Shown here in pieces: positions 34,001 to 45,200 of a stretch of DNA of 64,000 bases. Source of the stretch: Tieghemostelium lacteum. Lineage: Eukaryota. The DNA is taken from positions 406,735-470,734 of the forward strand of contig LODT01000028.1 in the NCBI GenBank assembly GCA_001606155.1, read 5' to 3'. Each line of letters starts with the position of its first letter. Positions within the stretch are counted from its first letter, which is position 1. The notes beneath the pieces were generated by a model. That model was not told the DNA's origin and did not search any database. It saw only the letters and a list, made by a program, of their open reading frames with translations. A program made the translations under genes and the position numbers.

Positions 34001-35935
34001 GATCATAGATTACAATTTCATCATCCTGGAAAGCACTTTGTACAGCAGATGTTGATGCAACACCTTGTACACTTTGGTAGCCTTTTGGAGGGCTGTCTAA
34101 TTGGTATTGATGTTGAGTGTATTTCTTTGTGTTACCCAAGGCAGCTTGGCATACAAACATGTATTTTCTTTGTGAGAAATCGGATCTCTTACAGTACTGG
34201 GTTGAAGTTGAACTCTTTAGACCAAAGTATATACCACTACCAAGGTAACCAATATCTCTTCTGCCTGTGGATAGAGATGTTGATACATTAGGTGTAAGCA
34301 AACCTCTTGACAAAATACCCAAGACATTACTAGGGTTACTACCATGATAGAGTGTCTTAATGTTAGGAATGGAGAACTGAAGATTCAACTCTTCGTTTCT
34401 CTGTGTTGAGTATATCTCCTTGATTACAATATCAGGATTCTGTTGTTTAATCTGGTCATAGAGTTTCTTGTGATCCTTGGAGTTATCAGAAAGACATTGA
34501 ATATTACAACGTAATGCACGATAACGTGTATCCACTATAGAGGTTGAAGAAACACCCAAAGACTCACCAACATTCAGTATATCCTTAATCAATTGAATGC
34601 AATCTTGAATATCCTGAAGTTCAGATACAATCTGAGGAAGATTTCCAGAGGCTGTCAACTGAGCAATCTTGCATTGCTTAAGTTGAGGTAAAGCCTGATA
34701 GACTTCATTGAATAGTTGTACAGTTGTTGGTGATGACAAAAGTGGTTTACCATTATCGGTTTTCATCAGAGTTGCCAATTGGAAGAGTGACAATTCAGCC
34801 TTCTCCACTTGAACCAATGTTATATCACCAAGGTCAGATTTGATTGCACCTTCAGGTGACAATGTCAATTTAGCCTTACACATCAGTTTAGTACCTAGAG
34901 TTGACATGGCTTCCTGATAAATACGTTCAATAAACTTTTGAATAGGTTCGGGAAGTGATGATTTCCCAGAAGAAGACTGTAAATTTGAACTTTGTTGCAG
35001 TCGATCTGAACCTACTCTAGCTGAAGAAACTTGAATTTTAGTGTATTGTCTATTGGAGGTGTACTCTAAAAATATTTGATTATAAAGTTTGAGAGCATCT
35101 TCAATGGTAGATGATGAAACCCATTCTTTAGTTTGATCAACACTACCAGTTGTACCATAGTGCATAAATACTCTATAGAAACTTGGTAATCCTGAATCTG
35201 AAGATCCACTATCACCTCCAAGTGATATAAGTGACAATGCTTTACCAGCTACGTGCAACTCCAAACACATAAACTCTTGTGTATCCAATCTATGAAGGAT
35301 ATTGTATTTAATAATGTGGTATTTATCTTCTGGAAATTGTGATCCAAGATCACTGGACTGCACAGCATTAGGTTGATATTTAACTTTCTTTAACTGTTCT
35401 AATGAAAAACCACTACTACTCTTGTTGTCACCATTTTCAAGAATATCAGAGAAATTCAATGACTTGTAATGAAACTCTTTAATATTATATTGAGATACTA
35501 ATGAATACTCACTAGTTGACAATAAAGTTCCAAATGAAATGGAATCATCAAGATATCTCTTTGAAAGTATTGGTATATTTAATTTTATAGCTTTTTTGAT
35601 ATTAAATGATAATGAATCCACATTTATATCTTTTTTATCTGAATCTGTTTCAGATACTTCTACTTGTTGTTGTTGTTGTTCATCTGCTTTAACTAAATCA
35701 TCAAAATCACCATTATAAATAAAGTAATTAACCTATTGTAAATTAAAGTATTAGTAAAGTAAATAAAATGGTCATTTTCAATGGTGTGTTGGTTCTTAAG
35801 TTAACTTACTTTATGATTTAAAACTGCAGAAACTGTTCCTTTATATTTTAAAACAAGATCTTGTAAAGCTTTTTTAGCTTTGTAACCTTGATTGGTACAA
35901 TCTAAAAAAAAGGTTTGATGTTCAAATATTGACAT
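28068..35935 (-). CDS. Giant (~2,596 aa) vault-PARP/PARP4-like poly(ADP-ribose) polymerase (BRCT-WGR-PARP-VIT-vWA) fused to a long C-terminal extension carrying a WASP-like CRIB/Pro/WH2/C/A module
   Basis: Exon 1 is 35810..35935 (MSIFEHQTFFLDCTNQGYKAKKALQDLVLKYKGTVSAVLNHK, BRCT start). The intron is 35733..35809 (GTAAGT..CAATAG). Exon 2 is 28068..35732, one uninterrupted ORF. The WGR domain is at about 35030-35330. The PARP catalytic domain is at about 33960-34370, with the H-Y-E triad in LYHGSNPSNVLGILSRGLL, GSGIYFG and DDEIVIYD. The VIT domain is at about 33400-33790 and the vWA domain (LLVDLSASMAGD) at about 32480-33020. The C-terminal motifs are listed under findings. Confidence 0.85.
30336..30398. 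repeat. (GTTATT)n microsatellite encoding a ~24-residue poly-Asn run in the PARP gene
   Basis: Perfect hexamer repeats on the plus strand, translated on the minus strand as NNNNN... within SNNNNNNNNNNN..DIKSD. Confidence 0.9.
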
Positions 35936-36294
35936 TTTTATATTCACTACTGATCAAGTAATAGAGAATAACAATAAGATATTTACAAATACTATTACTA
36001 ATTATCTGATCAGAAAAAAAATCTAATCAGTAAATTTGAAAAGTTTGAAAATTTATTAAAAACAGGATATTTTTTATAGAATTTTGTTGGAAAGCTCATT
36101 TATCTCAACATATTAAAAGATTTTTCATTTCTTTATTGTAATTCTCAAAATGAAATGTAATAAAATATGATAATATTATAATATATTTTAATATGTGTGG
36201 TTCTAGTTCTAACAATGTTAGACTATTTTCACCAATAAAACCAAAATTCAAAAAATCTAAAGTATCTAAAGAATCTTCTACTCTGAAATAACTC

Positions 36295-37885
36295 CTACAT
36301 ATCGTAAATGGATGAGTTTATTATGACATTATATTTGGAGAATACATCTAATAAATCAAGTTTAATTTGAGTTAAACGGTGTTCATTAGATAAATTAAAA
36401 CAATTCATTTGTTGAATTGTTGTATTGATTCTAAAGAGTTCAATAAATTCTTTTACTATATCAGTTGTGAATTCAAAGGTATCTGCCCATGGAGGTGGAA
36501 GAATAAATGTATGAAGAGTTTTGTTGATTGTTAGAATTTTAATATATAGTTCACAATGATTATAATTGATATTACGGCTGTACGAAAAATCCTCTATAAC
36601 TAACGCTGTTAGTGTGGTGTTGTGAGATAGTGATTTTATAAACAATGTTAAATCATTTTCAATACTATTTTCATTGTGATGGAGATAGTATACTATATCT
36701 TTGAATATTTGGATGTGGAATTGACAGAAGTTGATTTAGAACACCAAAATCCAATTCATAAAAATCAACAGTATGAAGATTTTTATGTACTGATATATCA
36801 TTAATCCTCATTGAGCTTGATAAATCATGTAATGTGAGATACCGTAGATTTTTAAATTCTTTAACTTTAACCGTATTTTCATTGGGTGCGAAAATGGATT
36901 TTATATTATCTTTGTGTTTCCATAACTCTAATATTCTGTCATTATTTGTTGTGAAAAGTTCTAGAGAATGTATCAATTGGTTTGTTATGTTATCTGATAA
37001 TGTTTCATTGTTCCATTTTAAAGAAACTAAAATTAGAGTACCAGTTTTGATATTGGATAGAAAATCAACAACTATTTGATGTGAGGTGGTAATATTTGAC
37101 ACCACTCTCAAACGTTGCAGATTCATTGATTGTGAAGAGTGATTTAATATTTCCAAAACTTTATCGTATTGGTTTTTATCTTCATTTAAGACTATATTCT
37201 CTATCTCTAGATTTTGGCAATTCAAAGAGTTTTCCAAGAGAGACTTTAACATCCATTGTGACATTGTAATTCTATCTAAACTTATTTTAGTTAGAGAATT
37301 GGGTTGAAAAGAATTATCATTTTCTCCAATAAAGGTAAAAAAACCAAACCCTAAGCTGATGACTCTTCTATTTTGAATTAACTCTCCAATTCTATTAAAT
37401 TCAATTTTGGATTGCCCTACACTCCAGGTCCAACTCCAACTTTTAATGTGGATGTCAACGTTTGATAATGATTTTAGTTTGTTGAATAGAAATTCTTCTG
37501 AATCTGAAAATGAGGTTTCAACAACTATAGATTCTAAATTCTTGAAATGAGATATTGATTGATCTAAAGTTTTATTTTGTTCATCTTTGATTTCAATCTG
37601 ACTAACTTGATCGCTAATGATTTCATTTAAATGTTTAACTGCATCAGTTGAATATCTAGGTAAAATGAATCTATAATTATACCATTTATATTTATTTGCA
37701 AGTGCTATGAAATCAGGTAATAATTTAATTGTTTTTGATAAATCATTCACATGTCTATATCGTAATTTTACAATTATTGATTGGTCCATTCTTTACTGAT
37801 CAATGTATATTTTCGTAAAAACATATAAACGTATTCAATATCTATTGAATGATTTAGAATTGGATCTAAAATATTAATTACAGAT
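36295..37885 (-). pseudogene. Decayed copy (A) of the F-box-like/LRR-like gene at 40395..41984
   Basis: Colinear with copy B but split into two ORFs (36671..37789 and 36295..36645). There is a 1-nt deletion at 37785 (TTGGTCC versus TTGGTTCC in B), which frameshifts the N-terminus. The start-codon region is replaced at 37880/37881. Confidence 0.7.
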
Positions 37886-39667
37886 ATTGATATACCAAAG
37901 GAACATTGGGACAATGAATCAGTTCAAAAATGGTGTAAATTCCAATGAATTTACCTGAAAAGGATTTATTAATTATTAATGACTTAGATGGATTTTGTTT
38001 AGTATATTTTTATCAATGTGGAAATTTAATAAAACAATTAAGGGATTTTGGTGTATCCCTCCCTTCTTCACATAGAATTCTTACAAAATTCAATCCACCA
38101 CAAACACAATGTAAACTAAACATCTATCATAATCTAACGCTTTTTGTTCATTTTAACTTATATTTTTTATATAAAATTCAACACAATTAAAAACCTGTTG
38201 ACATTCAACTACACTATAGGGCAGCAGGGTATGTAGATTGCTTGAATAATGTAAAGTATTTAGGTGTTGAAACTAGATATTAACTTAGTAATAATTAGCT
38301 GATAAAAGTTGGACATTTGTAAACCCAGTAAATCAAGGAAATTATTACCACATTGATCCAAAAAATTTACAATTATAAAAAAGCAATCCAAGGTGGGAGT
38401 TGGTTAGTTCAGGGGTCATATAGAAGTGGCAAAACAACCCATATGATAGCACTTGAAAAACAAATCCAAAAACAATTTTTTCCATTCATTTTCACTTTGA
38501 ACCCTTATATTGACATTTGGAAAAATATATCAGGTACAATCTCAATAGATTACCCTGATTGTGGGCCTATTAAAGATGTCAAGGAATTTAGAGACAAGTT
38601 TCTAGCCAATAAGAAGTATTTTGGAGGGAAGAATGTAGTTTTATTATTTGATGAGTTCCAATGTTTACTTGATACCGAAGAGTACTTTGTATTCTGCTCA
38701 GAAATGAAAAATATAATGGATAACAGAGCCACTTATAACATACAAGCCATTTTTGGTTTCGGGACATTTCAAACTACTAAATTGGCAAAAATAGATAGCA
38801 AAAGCACTTTTAGTCCATTTCATATGCCAGAAACAACTATTATAGAACCACTTCCAGAGAAATTGGTATATATACTACTCAATGAATGGGCAAGTACTAT
38901 AGGAATGGTAATACCACCTTCAATTCTAAAAGATATATATATAACTATTGGTGGGTATGCAGGTATTCTTGGACTGCTTGGATTAGCTCTCCAGAGTTCA
39001 ACTAGTATAACTTAAGTCTAGCCATAATAAAAATATGACAATGAACCAGTGGATGTTTATTCGTGAACAGACTTCTAGTAATTTACAAAAACAACCTCAT
39101 TCCAGAAATTAGTATTAATAATTTCAAGTGACGAGAAAATTTCAAAACTTGCAGAATATATTTTATATGGTCCAGAACCATTTTTTTTCTCACCAGAAAA
39201 TATTGAATATATGATGACGCTTTTAGATTATGGGTTGTTAAGACAAGATAGCAAAAGCAACAAATTTTATCTTTCCTCTCCATTAGTTAGAGAGTTCTTA
39301 TTAGCTAAATACTATAGAGAGGTTAACTCCATATATTATTTCAACAGAAGTTAAAACAAGTGTTATCGGAAACAGAAGAATAGATATTTTGGTTAGAAAT
39401 GGAAAAAGAATTATATTTGAATTGAAATCTGATTTGAAATGGGAGATTGCTGATTTAGCTCAACAATCTGTAATACAATTTGATAGAGATGCAGAGGATT
39501 TTCAAGTTCATACAGCCATTATATTAAATTTAGTCCCCAATGGATCAAAATTTTCTCATATAGAATTTATCCATAATCAAGTTAAATATTTTATATTCGA
39601 GGTAATTTTTGATGGAAACACATTCACACTCAACACAAAAGAAAATATTGAAGCAACTTTGAAATAA
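37881..39667 (+). pseudogene. Frameshifted gene encoding a SAM-like domain, a P-loop (Arch_ATPase/AAA-like) NTPase, a winged-helix region and a PD-(D/E)xK nuclease-like domain
   Basis: The pieces lie in different frames. The SAM-like part is HWDNESVQKWCKFQ* / MNLPEKDLLIINDLDGFCLVYFYQCGNLIKQLRDFGVSLPSSHRILTKF. SWTFVNPVNQGNYYHIDPKN follows. The NTPase part is ORF 38353..39015, with Walker A GSYRSGKTT and Walker B VVLLFDEFQ. The winged-helix part is KLAEYILYGPEPFFFSPENIEYMMTLLDYGLLRQDSKSNKFYLSSPLVREFLLAKYY. ORF 39389..39667 carries RRIDILVRNGKRIIFELKSD (D..ExK). The gaps between pieces are too short to be introns. Confidence 0.55.
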
Positions 39668-39774
39668 ACAATTTTTTTATTCCCATCATTTCCTATCTCT
39701 AATATCAATCAAAACAAATATCTCATAAATACCTGAATTACAACCTCCAATAATATTAAAATCTATTATTTACT

Positions 39775-40110
39775 TTTTGTAAATGGATGAGTTTATTATG
39801 ACATTATATTTGGAGAATACTTCCAATAAATCAAGTTTTATCGGATTCATCTGATAAATGAAAACATTTCATTTTTTGAATTGTTGTATTGATTATAAAG
39901 AGTTCAATAAATTCTTTAACCATATCAGTTGTGAATTCAAAGGTATCTGACCATGGAGGTGGAAGAATAAATGTATGAAGAGTTGTTGATTGTTAGAATT
40001 TTAATATATAGTTCACAATGAATATAATTGATATTACGGCGTAATCCTCTATAACTAATGCTGTTAGTGTGGTGTTATGAGACAGTGATGTTATAAACAA
40101 TCTTATATCA
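39775..40110 (-). pseudogene. Truncated third copy of the 3' end of the LRR-like gene family
   Basis: Strongly similar at the nucleotide level to 36295..36650 (AAATGGATGAGTTTATTATGACATTATATTTGGAGAATAC...). It has several indels and stops and no upstream continuation. Confidence 0.65.
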
Positions 40111-40394
40111 TTTTTTGTAAGACATCAATATCTAATTGTAAGACATCGATATCTAATAGAGTCTTATAGTCAAAGTATATATATATATATAGTTTTCCTA
40201 TATATAGAAGTATTCTTAGAGATCTTGAATCTCTTAATAATCTTATATAATATTATTGTTGTGTATGATATAGTTCAAGAGATAACAATAATATAGAACT
40301 ACGGTAAAGAGTAAATATCTTTATAATTTTCGTAAATATCTCTTTAGAAATGAAATGTAAAGTTATGTTGGTAATAAAGAATTTACATTTACAT

Positions 40395-41984
40395 TTAGTA
40401 AATGGATGAGTTTATTAGAACATTATATTTGGTGAATACATCCAATAAATCAATTTGAGTTAAACTGGGTTCTTTAGATAAATCAAAACAATTCATTTGT
40501 TGAATTGTTGTATTGATTCTAAAGAGTTCATTAAATTCTTTTACCATATCAGCTGTGAATTTAAAGGTATCTGACCTTGGAAGTGGTAGAATAAATGTAT
40601 GAAGAGTTTTGTTGATTGTTAGAATATCAATATATAGTTTACAATGATTATAATTGTTATTAAACATATACGAAAACCTTTTTATAGCTAACCCGGTTAG
40701 TGTGGTGTTGTAAGAGAGTGATGTTATAAATATGCCTAAATTATTTTCAATACTATTTACATAGGAACGGAGATCGTGTATATTATATCTTTGAACACTT
40801 GAATGTGGAATTGACAGAATTTGATTTAGAACACTTATATCCAATTCATAAAATTCAATAGTGTGAAGATTTTTAAGTGCAGAAAAATCATTAATCCCCA
40901 TTGAGCTTGTTAAATCTGGTAATGTGAGATACCGTAGATTTTTAAATTCTTTAACTTCATATTTACTAGCACCACTTACCCAAATGGATTTTATATTATC
41001 TTTATGTTTCCATAACTCTAATATCCTATCACCCTTAGTTGTGATGATAAGTTCTAGAGAATGAATCCATTGGTTTGATATATTATCTGGTAATGTTTCA
41101 TTGTTCCATTCTATATAAACTAAAATTAGAGTACCAGTTTTGATATTGGATAGAAAATCAACAACTACTTGATGTGAGGTGATTATATTTGCTGAGTCCA
41201 CCCTCAAACGTTGCAGATTCATTGATTGTGAAGCATGTTTTAATATTTCATAAACTTTATCGAAATTGTTTTCATCTTCATCTAAGACTATACCATGAAT
41301 TCCTAGATTTTGGCAATTCAAAGAGTTTTCCAAGAGAGACTTTAACATCCATTGTGACATTTTAATTCCATCTATAATTATTTTAGTTAGAGAATTGGGT
41401 TGAAAGGAATTTGTATTTTCACCAAAACAGGATAAAGACAAAAAATGTATGCTGATAACTCTTCTATTTTGAATTAACTCTCCAATTCTATTAAAATCTT
41501 CTAATTGTGGCACCACAAAAATTTTAATATTGATGTCAATGTTAGATAATGATTTTAGTTGGTTGATTAGATATTCTTGGGATTTTAAAAATGAAGTTTC
41601 AACAACTATAGATTCTGAATTCTTGAAATGAGATATTGTTTGATTTATATTTTTTCTTTGTTCATCATGGATTTCAATCTGACTAACTTGATCTCTAATG
41701 ATTTCATTTAAATGTTTATAATAACAATTAGGTAAAATGAATCTATAATTATACCATTTATATTTATTTGCAAGTGCTATGAAATCAGGTACTAATTTAA
41801 CTGTTCTTGGTCTTTGTAAATTATTAACATGTCTATATCGTAATTTTACAATTATTGATTGGTTCCATTCTTTACTGATCAATGTATATTTTCGTAAAAA
41901 CATATAAACGTATTCAATATCTATTGAATGATTTAGAATTGGATCTAAAATATTAATTATCAGATAATTAGGTATCATCGCCAT
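40395..41984 (-). CDS. F-box-like / leucine-rich-repeat-like protein (intact copy B)
   Basis: 529-aa uninterrupted ORF. The N-terminus is F-box-like (IPNYLIINILDPILNH..LISKEWNQ). Irregular LRR-type periodicity follows (NLRYLTLPDL, LKNLHTIEFYELD...). Confidence 0.7.
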   Translation of the reverse strand: MAMIPNYLIINILDPILNHSIDIEYVYMFLRKYTLISKEWNQSIIVKLRYRHVNNLQRPRTVKLVPDFIALANKYKWYNYRFILPNCYYKHLNEIIRDQVSQIEIHDEQRKNINQTISHFKNSESIVVETSFLKSQEYLINQLKSLSNIDINIKIFVVPQLEDFNRIGELIQNRRVISIHFLSLSCFGENTNSFQPNSLTKIIIDGIKMSQWMLKSLLENSLNCQNLGIHGIVLDEDENNFDKVYEILKHASQSMNLQRLRVDSANIITSHQVVVDFLSNIKTGTLILVYIEWNNETLPDNISNQWIHSLELIITTKGDRILELWKHKDNIKSIWVSGASKYEVKEFKNLRYLTLPDLTSSMGINDFSALKNLHTIEFYELDISVLNQILSIPHSSVQRYNIHDLRSYVNSIENNLGIFITSLSYNTTLTGLAIKRFSYMFNNNYNHCKLYIDILTINKTLHTFILPLPRSDTFKFTADMVKEFNELFRINTTIQQMNCFDLSKEPSLTQIDLLDVFTKYNVLINSSIY

Positions 41985-42222
41985 GCTTTAAAATCATAAA
42001 GTGTGTTAATATTCATTTAAATATCTTTAATCAATATTTTTGTTAATTTAAAAAATCCAGTAAATTTCGTTGAAAAAAATTCAAATCAATGATATAAGTT
42101 AGACTTGTAAAATAACACTTTATTTGAAACTTGGATTGTATTTAATTTTTTTTTTTTTATTAATTTATTTTTTTTGTAACGCTGACCAAATTAAACCGAT
42201 ATATTTAATTTCAGGGTGATAG

Positions 42223-45200
42223 ATGGAAGACTTAAAAATCACATCTGAGATTAAGGAAGAAAAAAACACAGATTCTTCTACTAATACCAAAGAAGCAACA
42301 GACAGTAAATCAGTCAGTGATACATTAATTAATCCTATCACAAATGAGCAGTCATCATCATTATCATCTACAGATAAACCTCAATCACCACCACAAAAAA
42401 CAGATGATGATATTGTAAATAATAATATTAATATAAGTATTAGTAGCAGTGGAAATGAAAGCACTGATACATTACTGAATACAGTAAAATCTAGTATAGA
42501 TCAATTACCAGATAAAGAAATTAAAGATAAATCTAATAGTAATGAGTCCAAAAATAGTAGTAGTAGTAATAATAATAATAATGGATTTGAATTATTTTCA
42601 AATGAATCCATGGCAATAACTGAAGTAACTACCTTACAGAGATCTAGGTCATCTTTGATTTCCTCTGCCAGTTGTATACCTTTAAAGACAGGAAATAACA
42701 TTTTATTAAATTCTGATGAAAATCAATTGGATTCTGTACAGAAAGTATCTATTAAGTCCACTGGACCTAATGTTGATCACAGTTTGAATATAAATAATAA
42801 TGAAAAATCACAGTCCAATGAGAAAAAAGTTAAACCTGTAAAATTACATTTATCTGATAATGCAATACCTACAATATCAAGTTCATCTTCATCGAATGTG
42901 GCCAATAGCAGTGGTGCTACTAGTGCACCTGTTGTAAAATATTTCCCATTGACTCCTTATCTATCGAAATTGGATCAAATTAAAATTGTTTCAGATACTC
43001 TGTCGAGTGCAGATCAAAAGTCACCTCAACAGTCACAAAAAGCATTGGAAAGTCTGTTAATTGAAAATAAAAGAGGAACTTCAGATATGACATCCCTAAT
43101 AAGTCAAGCTGATTCTGATAACCCTCAAACCAATACAACTTCAATTCCAACCAATGAAAACTCATCAACATTGGGATTCTCACAAGACTCCATAGACGAT
43201 GATGAGTTGTCATTTGATGATTTAAATAGTTCTTCAAATTTAACACCACCAACATCTCCAATTCCAATTCAGTTACCTCCCACACCTAACACCACTCCAA
43301 TTTCAAGTCCAATCAGATCATCCATTCTCACCAGTGAATTACTTTCATTTGCATCTGAAACACCTCAATCTAATACCCAAACCATTGAAAAACCAATCGA
43401 AAATGAACCAATAGAAACTGAAATTAAAAAAGTTGATATATCAAAAGAAGAAGGTAAAGAAGAAGTAAAACCTTCACCATCTATAGCATCATTAGTTAAA
43501 TCTGAAAAACCATCAACTCCAACTACCTCCACTGACACAACTAACACTAATACAACACAACCAACAACTCCAAAACAACCAGAATCACCAACTAAAAACA
43601 CTAATAACAATAATAATAATAATAACAACAATAATGGTAGTAAAGATGTATTTGATCAATTTAATGATCATAGATCATCACTACAATTTTGGAAAGAGAT
43701 GTTTAAGAAGAAGAAGAGATCTAATAAGATTGAACATGATAATGCAAAAATACAGAAAGCTAAAGAACTTGAAAAGAAACATAAAGATGAATTTGATAAA
43801 AAAGGTCCACAAATACAATACAAGAAACAATATAAACCTAAAGAAAAGGATGGTGCAAATAAGACTGATGATGATAATGATTATTTTAATAGAGTTATTG
43901 ATGATGGTTTTAAATTGACAACTCTACCTACTGAAGCTGAAGATGATGGTCATGTATTTATACTCTATGGAAATTTGAATAAATTAGTTGTTGATGTTAA
44001 AATGGTACCTTGTGGTAACCATGTAAGTTCATCAGTTGCACTTAATCATTGGTTGAAACATGACTGGGCACAGTTTCCACCTGATATCAGAAACAATATT
44101 CAAGTTTCAACATCACCAGTGGATTTCAAGAGAGGTAAAGATAGAGTTTATAAATTACAAAATTGGCCTACACAGTATCCGAATATAAGTCAACCTTGGT
44201 TTTGTAATGTTGTGCCCTCATTCTATCCATACCCTATTAAAGCTGAATGGTATGTCAAAGGTGCTCAAGAGTATTTAAATAAGGTTGGTGAAGATCTCCG
44301 AAAAACCAACCCACCAATTAAAAACGGTCGTGCAAAGTATCTTATATCACTTCCTATTGTTGGAACTGGTGGAGGTGGTGGTAGCTATCTAGCTGGTGAG
44401 ATCCTAACACTACTCATTAACGAACTCTATGCTGCATCTAGAAAATGGAAGTATGATGTAGTTTTAGTAACCAACGAGATTTCAATGTACACTGCTGCCA
44501 TAAACAAGAGAAATGAGCTAATTAGTAAAAACAAAACATTTAGCTACAATTACAGGACTTTACTAGGACCTTTAATGGGAAAAGCAGAGTATCTCTCCAA
44601 GTTGATAGATAAGGATAAACTGGCGTCTTTTGTAGGAAGTGGAATGTCAATATGTGCAGGGTTGCCTAACTGGCAGTACCTATTACAAATGTTGGGTGAG
44701 AAGTTGGGAATGTCAAAAGAAGAGATTAGGTCAATGGAACAATTACATTATCTAGATAGAGCAACGGTTTTGGAAGGTCGTTGGAAGAAGGCTTTGGCGA
44801 AATACCATCCACCGGATTTAAGTTCATTCAAGTCGCTGTATAATAGTAATAATCCAGATGAACAGTCTCAGGAGGAGGAATCGAATATTCAAATTAATAA
44901 GTTTCATCAGATGCATAAGGATATTTATAAGGAGGTTAATGTACCTATGCAAACAGAGATTGCAAATCTTATGAAGGTCTCACATGCAGGTTTAACTCAC
45001 TTCCTACTTACAAGTACAAATATTCAAGAGTTTATCACAACAAACTATGATGAGTGTTTGGAGATTGCCAGTAAGTCTATTGATAGACCTGTTTGTGTTT
45101 TACCTTATGAAAACCCTACATTGTCTAATAAGAGATGGGTATTGAAGCTTCATGGCTGTGTTAAACATCCTCAAGATATTGTCATTACACGTGAAGATTA

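Noticed and set aside
28447-34291. About 15 short ORFs (60-106 aa) on both strands inside 28.0-35.6 kb
   Set aside because: All are nested in the single 2,517-codon ORF, whose domains (PARP, VIT, vWA) are recognisable. The nested ORFs have no start context or motifs.
40120-40320. Short direct repeat (TTGTAAGACATC[AG]ATATCTAAT x2) and an 11-bp inverted repeat (ATATTATTGTT ... AACAATAATAT) between the LRR fragment and copy B
   Set aside because: These are AT-rich and short, so they are plausibly chance or junction debris from the duplication. They do not have enough structure to call a TIR or regulatory hairpin.
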